64,000 nucleotides of DNA from Candidatus Kapaibacterium sp. (GTDB lineage Bacteria; Bacteroidota; Ignavibacteria; Kapaibacteriales; UBA2268). Made by a program: the position numbers and the translations under genes. The notes beneath the pieces were generated by a model. It ran no database searches. It was given only the letters and a program-made list of their open reading frames with translations, and had not been told where the DNA came from. Positions 29,699-38,593 of the stretch are shown here, piece by piece. The stretch covers positions 1,344,001 through 1,408,000 of the forward strand of contig OY761611.1 of NCBI GenBank assembly GCA_963664875.1, in the 5' to 3' direction. Numbering within the stretch: position 1 is the stretch's first letter; the number at the start of each line of letters is the position of its first letter.

Positions 29699-31426
29699 CT
29701 AACGACAACTTCTCAGTTTTGAATTGTTTATATTCAAGAATATCTCTTGTCCTGCTTCATAACCCAGCATATTCCTCATAAACCTAACAGTCATCATATT
29801 ACCTTTTAGTCTTATAAATTGAACACTATGCCAATTATAAACATTTTCATTTTCTTCATCAGAAGCCAACTCTTCCATAACTTCAGCAGTGGAGAAAAAT
29901 GCTGTCATTTTAAAACCATCTGTAAAAGTCCCAAATTGAATACAGTCACCTTGTTCTAATTTTGCAATCAAGGCTTTTTGCTCTTTTCTCCGCTGTTCTT
30001 TAAGTCTTTCTCGTTGCAGTTCTCCTTCATGTTTTAGTTCTTCCTCTTTAGTGTTTAGTTTGTCATGAATCTCTGAAACAAAAACCTTAAAAACTTGTGT
30101 CTCTACTTCTACTTCTTGTTTCGCTTTATTGGTTTTTGTTTTTATCTTCAATAATGTGTTTTCTATATCTTCTTTCTTCGAATTCAACAATTCTAATACA
30201 GTATAATTAATATTCTCTTTATTAAAATCGAAATACACCATTTTATCAGATACATCTGAAATATTTGCTTTCAACTCTTCTGAAGATTTTAGTTTTCTTG
30301 TAAGATTTTCTTCAAATTCCTGAATTTCTAATGTGAGTTGTTTACCCGAATCTTTACTCTGAGCATGTTTTATAAAGTTATCCATTTTTACTAATATCTT
30401 TTTTAATTCTAAATCAATATCATTTTTATAGGAAGTGAGAGTTGTTTTTATTTTTTTTACCTCAAGATCTTGCTCTTCTTCTAATTCCTTTAGTAGTTTA
30501 GCTAATACTTCATATTTTGAGAGTACAATGTCTTGGTATTTTTTTACCATTTCACCTTTAAGTGTTAAGATTTCTCCATCCTCATATTTTGAGTAAAAAT
30601 TAAGCCATTCATCATAGTATGCTATTTCGTTTGAATAGGATTCTTGTATTCTGTCAAATATTCTTTTAGCTGTTTTACTTCGGAGTTCGCTCTTTACCTT
30701 ATCATCTTTTAAGACTTCAATTTCACTTGCATAGATATACAAATCTTTTATTTCATAAATCTCATCAATACAATCAGTCAAGAATATCGGATACTTTTTA
30801 TCAAGAGTATAATAAGCCACAAAGTGTTCAGATTTAGGAATTGTTTTTACCGAATTTTTTGCAATCTTACTTAAAATGTTTTTATCAACTACATAATTTT
30901 TCATAGCTGAGTAAATACTTTTAAGTTCACTATTACTTCTTGCTCCAAATGTGTTTTCCTTGTCTGCCTCTAATACGTAAGCTGTACTTCCACTAAATCC
31001 AAGAAGGATATAATCATCTGTATCAAATTCGCTTACGAACCACTCTTCAATAGCAGAAGCTCCATAAATTGATTGACCTTTTGGAAGTGTGGAATCTTGT
31101 TTTATTAGGTAATAAACCCCAGACCCTGCTGCAAATAAACCTGCTGCCCATATTAAGTTTCTAATATCTCTTGCAGAATCAGCAGGGGTTCCATTTTTTG
31201 TTGCAATATCATAATATGCTTGACCTCCGCCAGCAAATGCAGCTAAAGGTACTCCTGTGAATGTCAAATATGACCATAAAGAATAAGACTCGTCTTTACG
31301 GATATTTTCGTAAATATGAAGTCCTCTTGATTTATCAGATGTCCAATCTTCTTGTTTATAAGAAATTGTAGTACATGATTGAAGCAGTACTAAGGTTATT
31401 AGGAATAGAGAAATAATACGAATCAT
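29699..31426 (-). CDS. Putative lipoprotein with long coiled coil
   Basis: Likely start MIRIISLFLITLVLLQSC (lipobox-like); ORF track start 31537. Confidence 0.7.
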   Translation of the reverse strand: MIRIISLFLITLVLLQSCTTISYKQEDWTSDKSRGLHIYENIRKDESYSLWSYLTFTGVPLAAFAGGGQAYYDIATKNGTPADSARDIRNLIWAAGLFAAGSGVYYLIKQDSTLPKGQSIYGASAIEEWFVSEFDTDDYILLGFSGSTAYVLEADKENTFGARSNSELKSIYSAMKNYVVDKNILSKIAKNSVKTIPKSEHFVAYYTLDKKYPIFLTDCIDEIYEIKDLYIYASEIEVLKDDKVKSELRSKTAKRIFDRIQESYSNEIAYYDEWLNFYSKYEDGEILTLKGEMVKKYQDIVLSKYEVLAKLLKELEEEQDLEVKKIKTTLTSYKNDIDLELKKILVKMDNFIKHAQSKDSGKQLTLEIQEFEENLTRKLKSSEELKANISDVSDKMVYFDFNKENINYTVLELLNSKKEDIENTLLKIKTKTNKAKQEVEVETQVFKVFVSEIHDKLNTKEEELKHEGELQRERLKEQRRKEQKALIAKLEQGDCIQFGTFTDGFKMTAFFSTAEVMEELASDEENENVYNWHSVQFIRLKGNMMTVRFMRNMLGYEAGQEIFLNINNSKLRSCR

Positions 31427-31514
31427 TTCTGCCTCATCGTTAGTTTTATATTTTTGTTTAAAATGGGATTCATATATTAGGTAACTAATCTTTGAGGAGA
31501 TGCAGATATGCCAT

Positions 31515-31657
31515 AAAAAAAAGGATGCCTTATACATATCTACTCAGACAAGCCCCGCAAAAGGCACAACTCATAGATACATATAGACATCCACACGTGT
31601 GGAGTCCTTATAGTATCCTTGGGGGTTGTTTAAAAATTTGCGGTTTTTGTCTGACCC
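31515..31657 (-). promoter_or_regulatory. Attenuator-like structured leader RNA
   Basis: ~19-bp stem plus U8 tract; its loop pairs with upstream UCAGACAA...CCGCAAA; stem mismatches are G-U on the minus strand. Confidence 0.6.
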
Positions 31658-31852
31658 AAAGAATCTAAGATTACTCTTATTTAAAATTTTCTGTTATATG
31701 TTATTTTTCTGATTTTTCTTTCTGATATGCGATTCTCATAAAAATGTTAATAAGTCCTACATAATAGCAATATAAAATATTAGATTCAAATTATCAAATA
31801 TTTTCTTTCATGTAAATAGAAAATATAAAATTTCGTAAATAGTAGGTTAATT

Positions 31853-31889
31853 ACAATCCTGCACTTCATTTTTTTGAGTGCAGGATTGT
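31853..31889. terminator. Hairpin downstream of the 31946-33015 gene pair
   Basis: ACAATCCTGCACT/AGTGCAGGATTGT 13-bp stem. Confidence 0.6.
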
Positions 31890-31945
31890 TGTTGTTTGAG
31901 GGGAAATTTCAATCTATATCACTATTTTATATATCTAAAATTGAT

Positions 31946-32413
31946 TTAATTTACTTTCCCTAAAACCAAATTTCTAAACTCTTGATTTCCATATCTTCTA
32001 CCATTACCCTCAATTATTATTATTTCGAAATCAGAATGGCGATGCTCCCTCTCTTGTGAAACAACAAGGTACCAATCTGCTAATCTGCTGAGTGTAGTTT
32101 GCTCCGCTTCATTTAGACCGCTGAAGAAATCTGTAGATGTTATTCTCCAACAATCAGTCTTTAAATTTTTGCGAATATGAATGTAGCCTTTCATTATCAG
32201 TGATTTTACAATTTCTTCTCTTGCAAATCCTTCAAATCGAATTTTTTCGTCATACTTCTTATAAGTCTTTCGGATGTTCATCAAGGTCAAACCAAAAAGA
32301 TTGGGATTATCAATTACAGTATCTATGTGTTTTGCTCTCACTTCAATAACAGCAGACTCTTCAGTTATATTCTTAGGTAGAATCCAATATGCGTTTGCCA
32401 TATCTCTCTCCAT
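31946..32413 (-). CDS. Hypothetical protein
   Basis: 155-aa ORF, start overlaps the upstream stop (TAATG). Confidence 0.7.
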   Translation of the reverse strand: MERDMANAYWILPKNITEESAVIEVRAKHIDTVIDNPNLFGLTLMNIRKTYKKYDEKIRFEGFAREEIVKSLIMKGYIHIRKNLKTDCWRITSTDFFSGLNEAEQTTLSRLADWYLVVSQEREHRHSDFEIIIIEGNGRRYGNQEFRNLVLGKVN

Positions 32414-33015
32414 TATTTCAAAGACAATCCCGGTAATTGTGTGCTAATAAACTTATACCACTTTCCATCATAAGCAAAAGCAGGTCTGTTGTAATCATAA
32501 AACGTCTTTTCTCTTGTAACATAAAGCTGATATAAAGGCATCCTATTTATCAGCACTTGTTTATAAACCTTTTCCTTCAGCAATTGCTGTCTGCTGAAAT
32601 CAATAGCTTCTTCTTCAGTCAAAGGATGAGGAAATCTTATTGTTCTTATCGCCCATCGGAAGACTAAATAACTTTCTTTATAAGTAGTTTCAGTCTTTAG
32701 GATTTCATCATAATACTCTTGATCTAAGGAAATTGTATATTCAATATCTTCCTTACTTAGTCCAAGAAGTTCAAGATAAGTCTTTGGAATTGGAATCAAT
32801 AAATTGTCCCATCCCTCTCTTCTTCCAATAAACTTATTTAGTTTTGTCCAACCCATTTTTTCGGCAAGGTATCTCGAGCCTTGCGGATTTTTGTAGAAAT
32901 CTTTGAATTCTGCTGAGCGAGATTGAATTAGGCAACGCGTGTTGTAATATCTGTAATACTTTTTCTCTGTCCGAGTTGGAATTGAGAATCCGGGTATTGG
33001 TTTTGCTGATGGCAT
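32413..33015 (-). CDS. Hypothetical protein
   Basis: AGGAG RBS before ATG 33015 (MPSAKP...); ORF track start 33048. Confidence 0.7.
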   Translation of the reverse strand: MPSAKPIPGFSIPTRTEKKYYRYYNTRCLIQSRSAEFKDFYKNPQGSRYLAEKMGWTKLNKFIGRREGWDNLLIPIPKTYLELLGLSKEDIEYTISLDQEYYDEILKTETTYKESYLVFRWAIRTIRFPHPLTEEEAIDFSRQQLLKEKVYKQVLINRMPLYQLYVTREKTFYDYNRPAFAYDGKWYKFISTQLPGLSLK

Positions 33016-33132
33016 GGAAAATACTCCTATGTTAAAATGGAGTACCAAGAAGTGGTTTTTGCTTATAAAAGCCGTATCACTTTACCACCGTGGCATTTTT
33101 GCTCGGTTGGTACACTTATGTGTTCTTGATAC
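33016..33132 (-). promoter_or_regulatory. Conserved structured 5' leader, copy B
   Basis: Aligns with 13549-13674; GTATCAAGAA/TTCTTGGTAC stem; TACTCC/GGAGTA hairpin over the RBS. Confidence 0.65.
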
Positions 33133-33376
33133 AAAAAATCGTTTATAATTGATTTACGTAAGAATATTGATTTTGTTATTGAAAGAACATTTCCACTTAA
33201 AATTCTAAATGACTATGATGCAAGATGTATTACAACAAATAAGATTGCAACATTCAACCAATAAGTGCAACTGATGTTAAAATATAAACTATTTTCGAAC
33301 ATCTTATAATCTATTGACTGAAAGAATAATATCACAAAGTTAGAAAGTATCGCTTAAAATAATATTTGGAATTTTT

Positions 33377-34360
33377 ATGTGTGATAAAAGACTTACGCAA
33401 TTAATATTGTACTCGAGAGACGTTCTACCGAATCAATACCCACCATCATATATTGGCAAGATGGTCAAATGTGTAGAAGATTTGCTAATACCTTTTGAAG
33501 ACACTGATAAAATAAATATAATAGTCGATGCTATATATACAATAGATGCAAAATTAAAACCGATGGATTACTTGACGGAAATTTTTGTCGAACAAGAAGA
33601 AGGCCCATATAAAAGAATCGATGAATTTGCTTATGTAAAAGCAAAATTGTTTTTATTGGAAAAACTTAAAAAGATAAAAGGTGAAAAAAACACATTTTGT
33701 AATTTTGAAAAATACGAACCGTTTTCTGAATACCCTGAGGAATTTAGATTTTCAGAAGATTTGATAAAAAATGAAATTGAATTTTTTTCTGAAGAAGAGA
33801 CTCTTGAATATTTAACAGATAAAATAAAGACACTATGGGGAATTGTAAATTTCCATCCAAATATAGATGAGACAGTTTTTGATGAGACTTTGAAAAAAAC
33901 ATATCATTTTAACTCACACACAAAATGCTCTGACATCGTTGCAAGATATTCGAAACTTCAAGAATCTGCTGCTTCAACGCTTCTGTATTTAGAGAAAGAG
34001 TATGCCTTAAGTAATAATCAAATAAAATTTCAAACCAATAATACACTTTCTAATACACGACAAGAAATAAGAAACTCTGCTTATTATACAATAGTAGAAG
34101 ATAAAATAAAATGGGAGAAACCTTTAAACCTGCTTTCAGTGTATTTATGCGAAATCGCAAAAGAAATACCTGAAATGAAAGGACTCCAAGGTAAAGCTGT
34201 TATAACATACTTTGTTGAACGATCCAAATTAATCCTAACTGAAAAAAATATTTCGTCACTAAAGACATACGCAAAAGATTACTTGAATAATACACATGAT
34301 TTCAACGATGAGCTTGATAACAAAGTAAAAGTTAACTTAAAAAATTGTCTACTATCATAA
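33377..34360 (+). CDS. Hypothetical protein upstream of the replication module
   Basis: 327-aa ORF followed by a GAGGGAAT/ATTCCCTC hairpin. Confidence 0.7.
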   Translation: MCDKRLTQLILYSRDVLPNQYPPSYIGKMVKCVEDLLIPFEDTDKINIIVDAIYTIDAKLKPMDYLTEIFVEQEEGPYKRIDEFAYVKAKLFLLEKLKKIKGEKNTFCNFEKYEPFSEYPEEFRFSEDLIKNEIEFFSEEETLEYLTDKIKTLWGIVNFHPNIDETVFDETLKKTYHFNSHTKCSDIVARYSKLQESAASTLLYLEKEYALSNNQIKFQTNNTLSNTRQEIRNSAYYTIVEDKIKWEKPLNLLSVYLCEIAKEIPEMKGLQGKAVITYFVERSKLILTEKNISSLKTYAKDYLNNTHDFNDELDNKVKVNLKNCLLS

Positions 34361-34514
34361 TCTCAGAGGGAATTTTTATTCCCTCTCATTTCTTTTTACT
34401 CTGCAAAACGACGCGTATATCAGTCCGAAAAAAAAAATTTAATCGGTAATATCTATTCCCTTACAACTCATATACTTTGCCTCATATTTGAAAACAATTT
34501 TCAAGGAGGCTCAT

Positions 34515-34664
34515 ATGAGAGCTATATCTAAAAAGATGATATCATCAGTGCAAGATGTGGATGCTGTTGATATATTTCTGCATTTAACAAATCCTAATAA
34601 CAAATGGATTTTCAATTCTTTACCCAATCTTTTAGTACAGAGTAGGAGGCAGCATGGAAAATAA
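34515..34664 (+). CDS. Small ORF (49 aa) coupled to the primase gene
   Basis: AAGGAGG RBS, MRAISKKMISS...QHGK*; overlaps the primase start by 11 nt; below the ORF-track cutoff. Confidence 0.5.
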   Translation: MRAISKKMISSVQDVDAVDIFLHLTNPNNKWIFNSLPNLLVQSRRQHGK

Positions 34665-35601
34665 ATCTTTCAGTAGTAATAGGACTAGTTGTCCTGAATG
34701 CGGAGCAAAAAGGGCATTTGCAGAATATGATGATGGCTCAGGTGGATATTGTCATTCATGTGGTAAAACTGTTATGTATAACTCGACTAAAAAGCAAGGT
34801 AAGCAAATGAAAAAACAACAAGAGAAGAGTCAATTGTTACAAACTATTACTCTTGAGCAATTTAATGAGTTAAGATCATGTGATGATTCAAATTTTAACG
34901 AGTATTTTGGTGAGCTATTTGGTGATGCTTTTAACAAACATTGTAATGATAATTATTTTTTAAGAGCTGATGATTATGGTGCAACAATCTTTACTTTTAT
35001 AGATTCTCAGGGATTTATTAGAAATTTAAAAAGCATGGCATACAAACAAGATGGTCATAGAGATAAGGTGGGATTTGTTCTAAAAATCAAGGAGAAAGAG
35101 ACTACTATACCTGTATTTTATGGATATCGATATGCAAAAAAAGGAAAATACGATATGATTAAATCCACTTCTGTGAAGAAACATTATTCACAGTGCCTGT
35201 TTGGTGAATACTACCTCAATTCACACAACTACATGATTGTAGGAGATCGAACCTATAAGTATGATGACAAGACCCCAGTTATATTATTAGAATCAGAAAA
35301 ATCTGTCTTAATATCTTCATTTCATTATCCATCTGTCATCTTCCTTGCAACAGGTGGAACGAATGGGTTAACAGAAGAAAAAGCGGAAATATTGAAAGAT
35401 AGAATTGTTTATATCATGTTTGACAACGAAGAAAAAGCTCAACTGAGAGCTGAAAAGGCAAAGATTGTTTTGACAGGAATTGCAAAGTCGGTTGATATAA
35501 TTGATATTTTCAAAAATTACAAGGTTGAAGAAGGTTATGATTTAGCTGATATTTTAGAACAACAAGCAATTTTAAGAGGAGAACAGAAAGATGACAAATA
35601 A
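34654..35601 (+). CDS. Primase-like protein (Zn finger + TOPRIM/DUF6371-like)
   Basis: CPECG...CHSCG; QCLFGE, LESEKS, LATGG, FDNE and GYDLAD motifs. Confidence 0.8.
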   Translation: MENKSFSSNRTSCPECGAKRAFAEYDDGSGGYCHSCGKTVMYNSTKKQGKQMKKQQEKSQLLQTITLEQFNELRSCDDSNFNEYFGELFGDAFNKHCNDNYFLRADDYGATIFTFIDSQGFIRNLKSMAYKQDGHRDKVGFVLKIKEKETTIPVFYGYRYAKKGKYDMIKSTSVKKHYSQCLFGEYYLNSHNYMIVGDRTYKYDDKTPVILLESEKSVLISSFHYPSVIFLATGGTNGLTEEKAEILKDRIVYIMFDNEEKAQLRAEKAKIVLTGIAKSVDIIDIFKNYKVEEGYDLADILEQQAILRGEQKDDK

Positions 35602-36652
35602 TTTAAAACCGATAAGAGAATTCAATCTTATTCAAGAGTTGAATAACTATAATCACAAAAAGATTAAACAAAACACAATGAATTTTCGATTGGAACAAGC
35701 TGCTAATCAACCTCAGATGGAAGAATTATTTGGTTCTTATTTACAACGTGGAGAAATTTCAATAATCGCAGGTAACACAGGAGATGGTAAATCCACTTTA
35801 GCAGTTCAAATTGCTGACAGAATCACAAGGCAAAAAGGAATATGGAATGAAGTGAATACGCAAAAATATCCAATAATATACTATGATTTTGAGATGTCAG
35901 ACCAATCATTGCTAAAAAGATATCAATCTTATACTTTCGAATCTAACTTTTATTGTCCTGACGTTAGTGAAATTATTAAGAATTCAAATGGCGTATTTTC
36001 TATAGATACAATCAAGAATGATATCAACACTTTTGATGCTAATATAATCTTTATCGATAATATTACTGCAATGTCGCAAAAATCAACAATTGATCAAGAC
36101 TCTGCAAATAAACTAATGCGTGGATTAAAAACTCTACAAAGTACGTACAATACCACTATTTGTGTGTTAGCTCATGTGCCTAAAATTCCAAGTAATGTTC
36201 CTTTGCATATTAACCATGTCGCAGGGAGTAAAAATATTGTAAATTTTGCAGATAGTGTGCATATAATCGGACAGAGCAATCAATTACCTAATAGACGTTA
36301 TCTGAAGCAAGTTAAAAATCGTAATTCAGAAATGGAATCACAGGTAATGGTTATAGATTTAATCTGCGAAGATTATCTTCATTTTGATTTTATCAAGATG
36401 GATGATGAACGTAATCATATCGATGTTGATACGATTATGGAAGATAATAAGAAAAATAAACATATTGACATTGCTAATGAATTGATTGGTACTGATGCAA
36501 TAAAATACACTGATTTTGTAGATAATTACGCAAAAAAATACAATAAATCGATTGAAACGGGTAAGAAAGCAATTCAATATTTGAAGTTACACAATATAAT
36601 ACAGCAGAACGAATCGAAAGAATGGGAAGTCAATCCTGACTATCTAATTTAG
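35591..36652 (+). CDS. AAA_25/RepA-type replicative helicase
   Basis: Walker A GNTGDGKS, YYDFEM, Walker B IFIDNIT, LAH, AGSK...FADS and KNR motifs. Confidence 0.85.
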   Translation: MTNNLKPIREFNLIQELNNYNHKKIKQNTMNFRLEQAANQPQMEELFGSYLQRGEISIIAGNTGDGKSTLAVQIADRITRQKGIWNEVNTQKYPIIYYDFEMSDQSLLKRYQSYTFESNFYCPDVSEIIKNSNGVFSIDTIKNDINTFDANIIFIDNITAMSQKSTIDQDSANKLMRGLKTLQSTYNTTICVLAHVPKIPSNVPLHINHVAGSKNIVNFADSVHIIGQSNQLPNRRYLKQVKNRNSEMESQVMVIDLICEDYLHFDFIKMDDERNHIDVDTIMEDNKKNKHIDIANELIGTDAIKYTDFVDNYAKKYNKSIETGKKAIQYLKLHNIIQQNESKEWEVNPDYLI

Positions 36653-37029
36653 TGTAATTAGTGTAAAAACAATTAGTGTACTTTTACACTTTACACTTTA
36701 CACTTACATCTTTCTTTGGGTGAGCTTTTAAGGGCTCACCCTTATTTTTGATTTTAATCGTAAGAAAAAAAAGAAATTTTCTAAACTATTTAAACAACAC
36801 AGTTTACTTCAATTGATTTATATCCTTATTATATCAAGAAGTTGATTTCTAAGAATACAAAGAATTCTTTTTTTATTTTTCGAAAATTATCTACCTAATT
36901 AAGTTTAGTAAGCTTCTTTTAGTTCTAAATATTCTTTTCTTTTATTTTGACAAATAACAAACCTGTTGCAATTGCAACTATAGTGTAAAGTGTAAAAGTA
37001 CACTATTTATTTTTACATCTTTTACACTA
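36651..37029. other. Putative replication origin with TTTACAC/GTGTAAA iterons
   Basis: Perfect 24-bp inverted repeat at 36674-36697 and 36982-37005 built from iterons, flanking an AT-rich core, immediately after the helicase. Confidence 0.7.
36718..36750 (+). terminator. Terminator after primase-helicase
   Basis: GGGTGAGC/GCTCACCC stem followed by TTATTTTT. Confidence 0.7.
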
Positions 37030-37395
37030 ACTCCGAAATCCAAAATCTATTTGCAAAACATACAGTCGTATGAGTCGTAATATTATAATAAGGAAGTATT
37101 TTTGAAATGGTAAATATTGAAGAAATCTATATAATTGGGTGCTCTGACGGGTGACTGGGGAAACAAAAAAAGGTAGAACCTTTACTAGCTCTACCGTTTC
37201 ATTGATACCGAGTACAGAAGGAGGGTGATTAGAATCAAAATGTATCGGATGATTTAACACATTCTTTTTTTGTTTTTCGCTTCCTCTCACAACTGAAAAG
37301 TCAAGAATTCTAAATACTCACTATGCCATCTTCAAATATTTTCGCCCGTTATCTTCAATAATCTGATTTTTCATTATTTGTATCTTTTTCGGAGA

Positions 37396-37489
37396 AGTAA
37401 GCCAATAATTTTTACAAAAATACAAAATTTATGTTTTTTTCTCTTCTGCATTTGAAAGCAATCTTATGCAGGATTAGTTTAGCAAATGG
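37396..37489 (+). repeat. Imperfect direct repeat, left flank of the CRISPR-Cas module
   Basis: About 85% identical by eye to 50544-50635. Confidence 0.8.
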
Positions 37490-37690
37490 GGATCAATTTT
37501 AATCGAGAAAATTGGGTTATTTTTTGGAAAATTAAGATATGCAACCCTCAAGGCAGCAATATAAATATCTCATATATGGTTTCCAATTATCATATAATAC
37601 ATTTTTCGAAGGAGATAATCAGTTCTATATGAATTCTAACTTGAAAATAGTTCGTCAAGTTATCCGTTCGCTTTGTAAATCTCAAATCAA

Positions 37691-37760
37691 TTCCTCAATC
37701 AGTTAATTAGAGGTATAAATTAAAATATGTAACATTCACTACCTACAAGGGATGTGAAAT
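37691..37760 (+). ncRNA. Putative crRNA-like regulatory mini-array (CreR/CreA-like)
   Basis: Two degenerate repeats (ending GAGGTATAAAT and AGGGATGTGAAAT) flank TAAAATATGTAAC, which matches 37843-37855(-) at 12/13 next to CCA. Confidence 0.65.
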
Positions 37761-37864
37761 TCAAAAGAAATCAAAATTATATAAATTCTTTTTTTAAAAT
37801 AATATTTAGATTCTTGAATCGTAAAAAACAATAGCTAATAAAGTTACATTTTTTATGGTGCATC

Positions 37865-38593
37865 ATGAGAATAGTAGTAGAGTTAGAATCTTCTAATCAT
37901 ATTCTATTACCACATTCTATCAATAGTGTTATACAGTCTTTTTTATATAATGTAGTAAAAGGTGATTCTGAATTTGATGAGATGCACAAAAGTATCAGTT
38001 ATAAAAATTTTACGTTTTCAACGATTCGAGAACGATTCCGAAAAGTAGAAGGTGGAAGACTATATGGAAATTCTATATCTTTTGTCTTCTCAACCAACCA
38101 GCAAACATTAATAAATACATTACTGAACAGTATAATGTTCGCTTCAAATTTAGATTTAGCAGGCAATTCAGTAAGATTCAAATCTGTCTCACCAATTCAG
38201 AAGAAATCCTTTACTACAACCGAGAAAATGAAGACATTAAGTCCAATAACTGTCTACGATGATATTGTGAATTCCGAAGGTAAAAAGTTTAGGAGCTATT
38301 GTTTAGATGTGCATTCTGAAAGATTCACAAGATTACTTCGCAACAATCTGATAAGAAAAGCAAGTAAACTTTATAATTGGGATTTATCGGATTCTGAATT
38401 TGAGATTGAATGCTTATCAAACCCAAAAATTGTCTCTGCGACTTATAAGCATAAGAATAATGTGATTAAAGGCATCGATGCAATATTTAAGCTTACTGGT
38501 GATGAAAGATTGATTCAAGTTGCTTATGAAGTTGGCTTAGGCAGTAAAAATGCTCAGGGTTGGGGTTGTATAGAATTTGCAGGAGAAAAATAA
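37865..38593 (+). CDS. cas6: CRISPR endoribonuclease Cas6
   Basis: YKNFTFS, TLSPI and C-terminal Gly-rich loop GLGSKNAQGWG. Confidence 0.93.
   Translation: MRIVVELESSNHILLPHSINSVIQSFLYNVVKGDSEFDEMHKSISYKNFTFSTIRERFRKVEGGRLYGNSISFVFSTNQQTLINTLLNSIMFASNLDLAGNSVRFKSVSPIQKKSFTTTEKMKTLSPITVYDDIVNSEGKKFRSYCLDVHSERFTRLLRNNLIRKASKLYNWDLSDSEFEIECLSNPKIVSATYKHKNNVIKGIDAIFKLTGDERLIQVAYEVGLGSKNAQGWGCIEFAGEK

Noticed and set aside
37595-37610. Second target for the mini-array spacer upstream of the mini-ORF
   Set aside because: Only 8/13 matches, with mismatches at seed positions 1-2 and no CCN PAM
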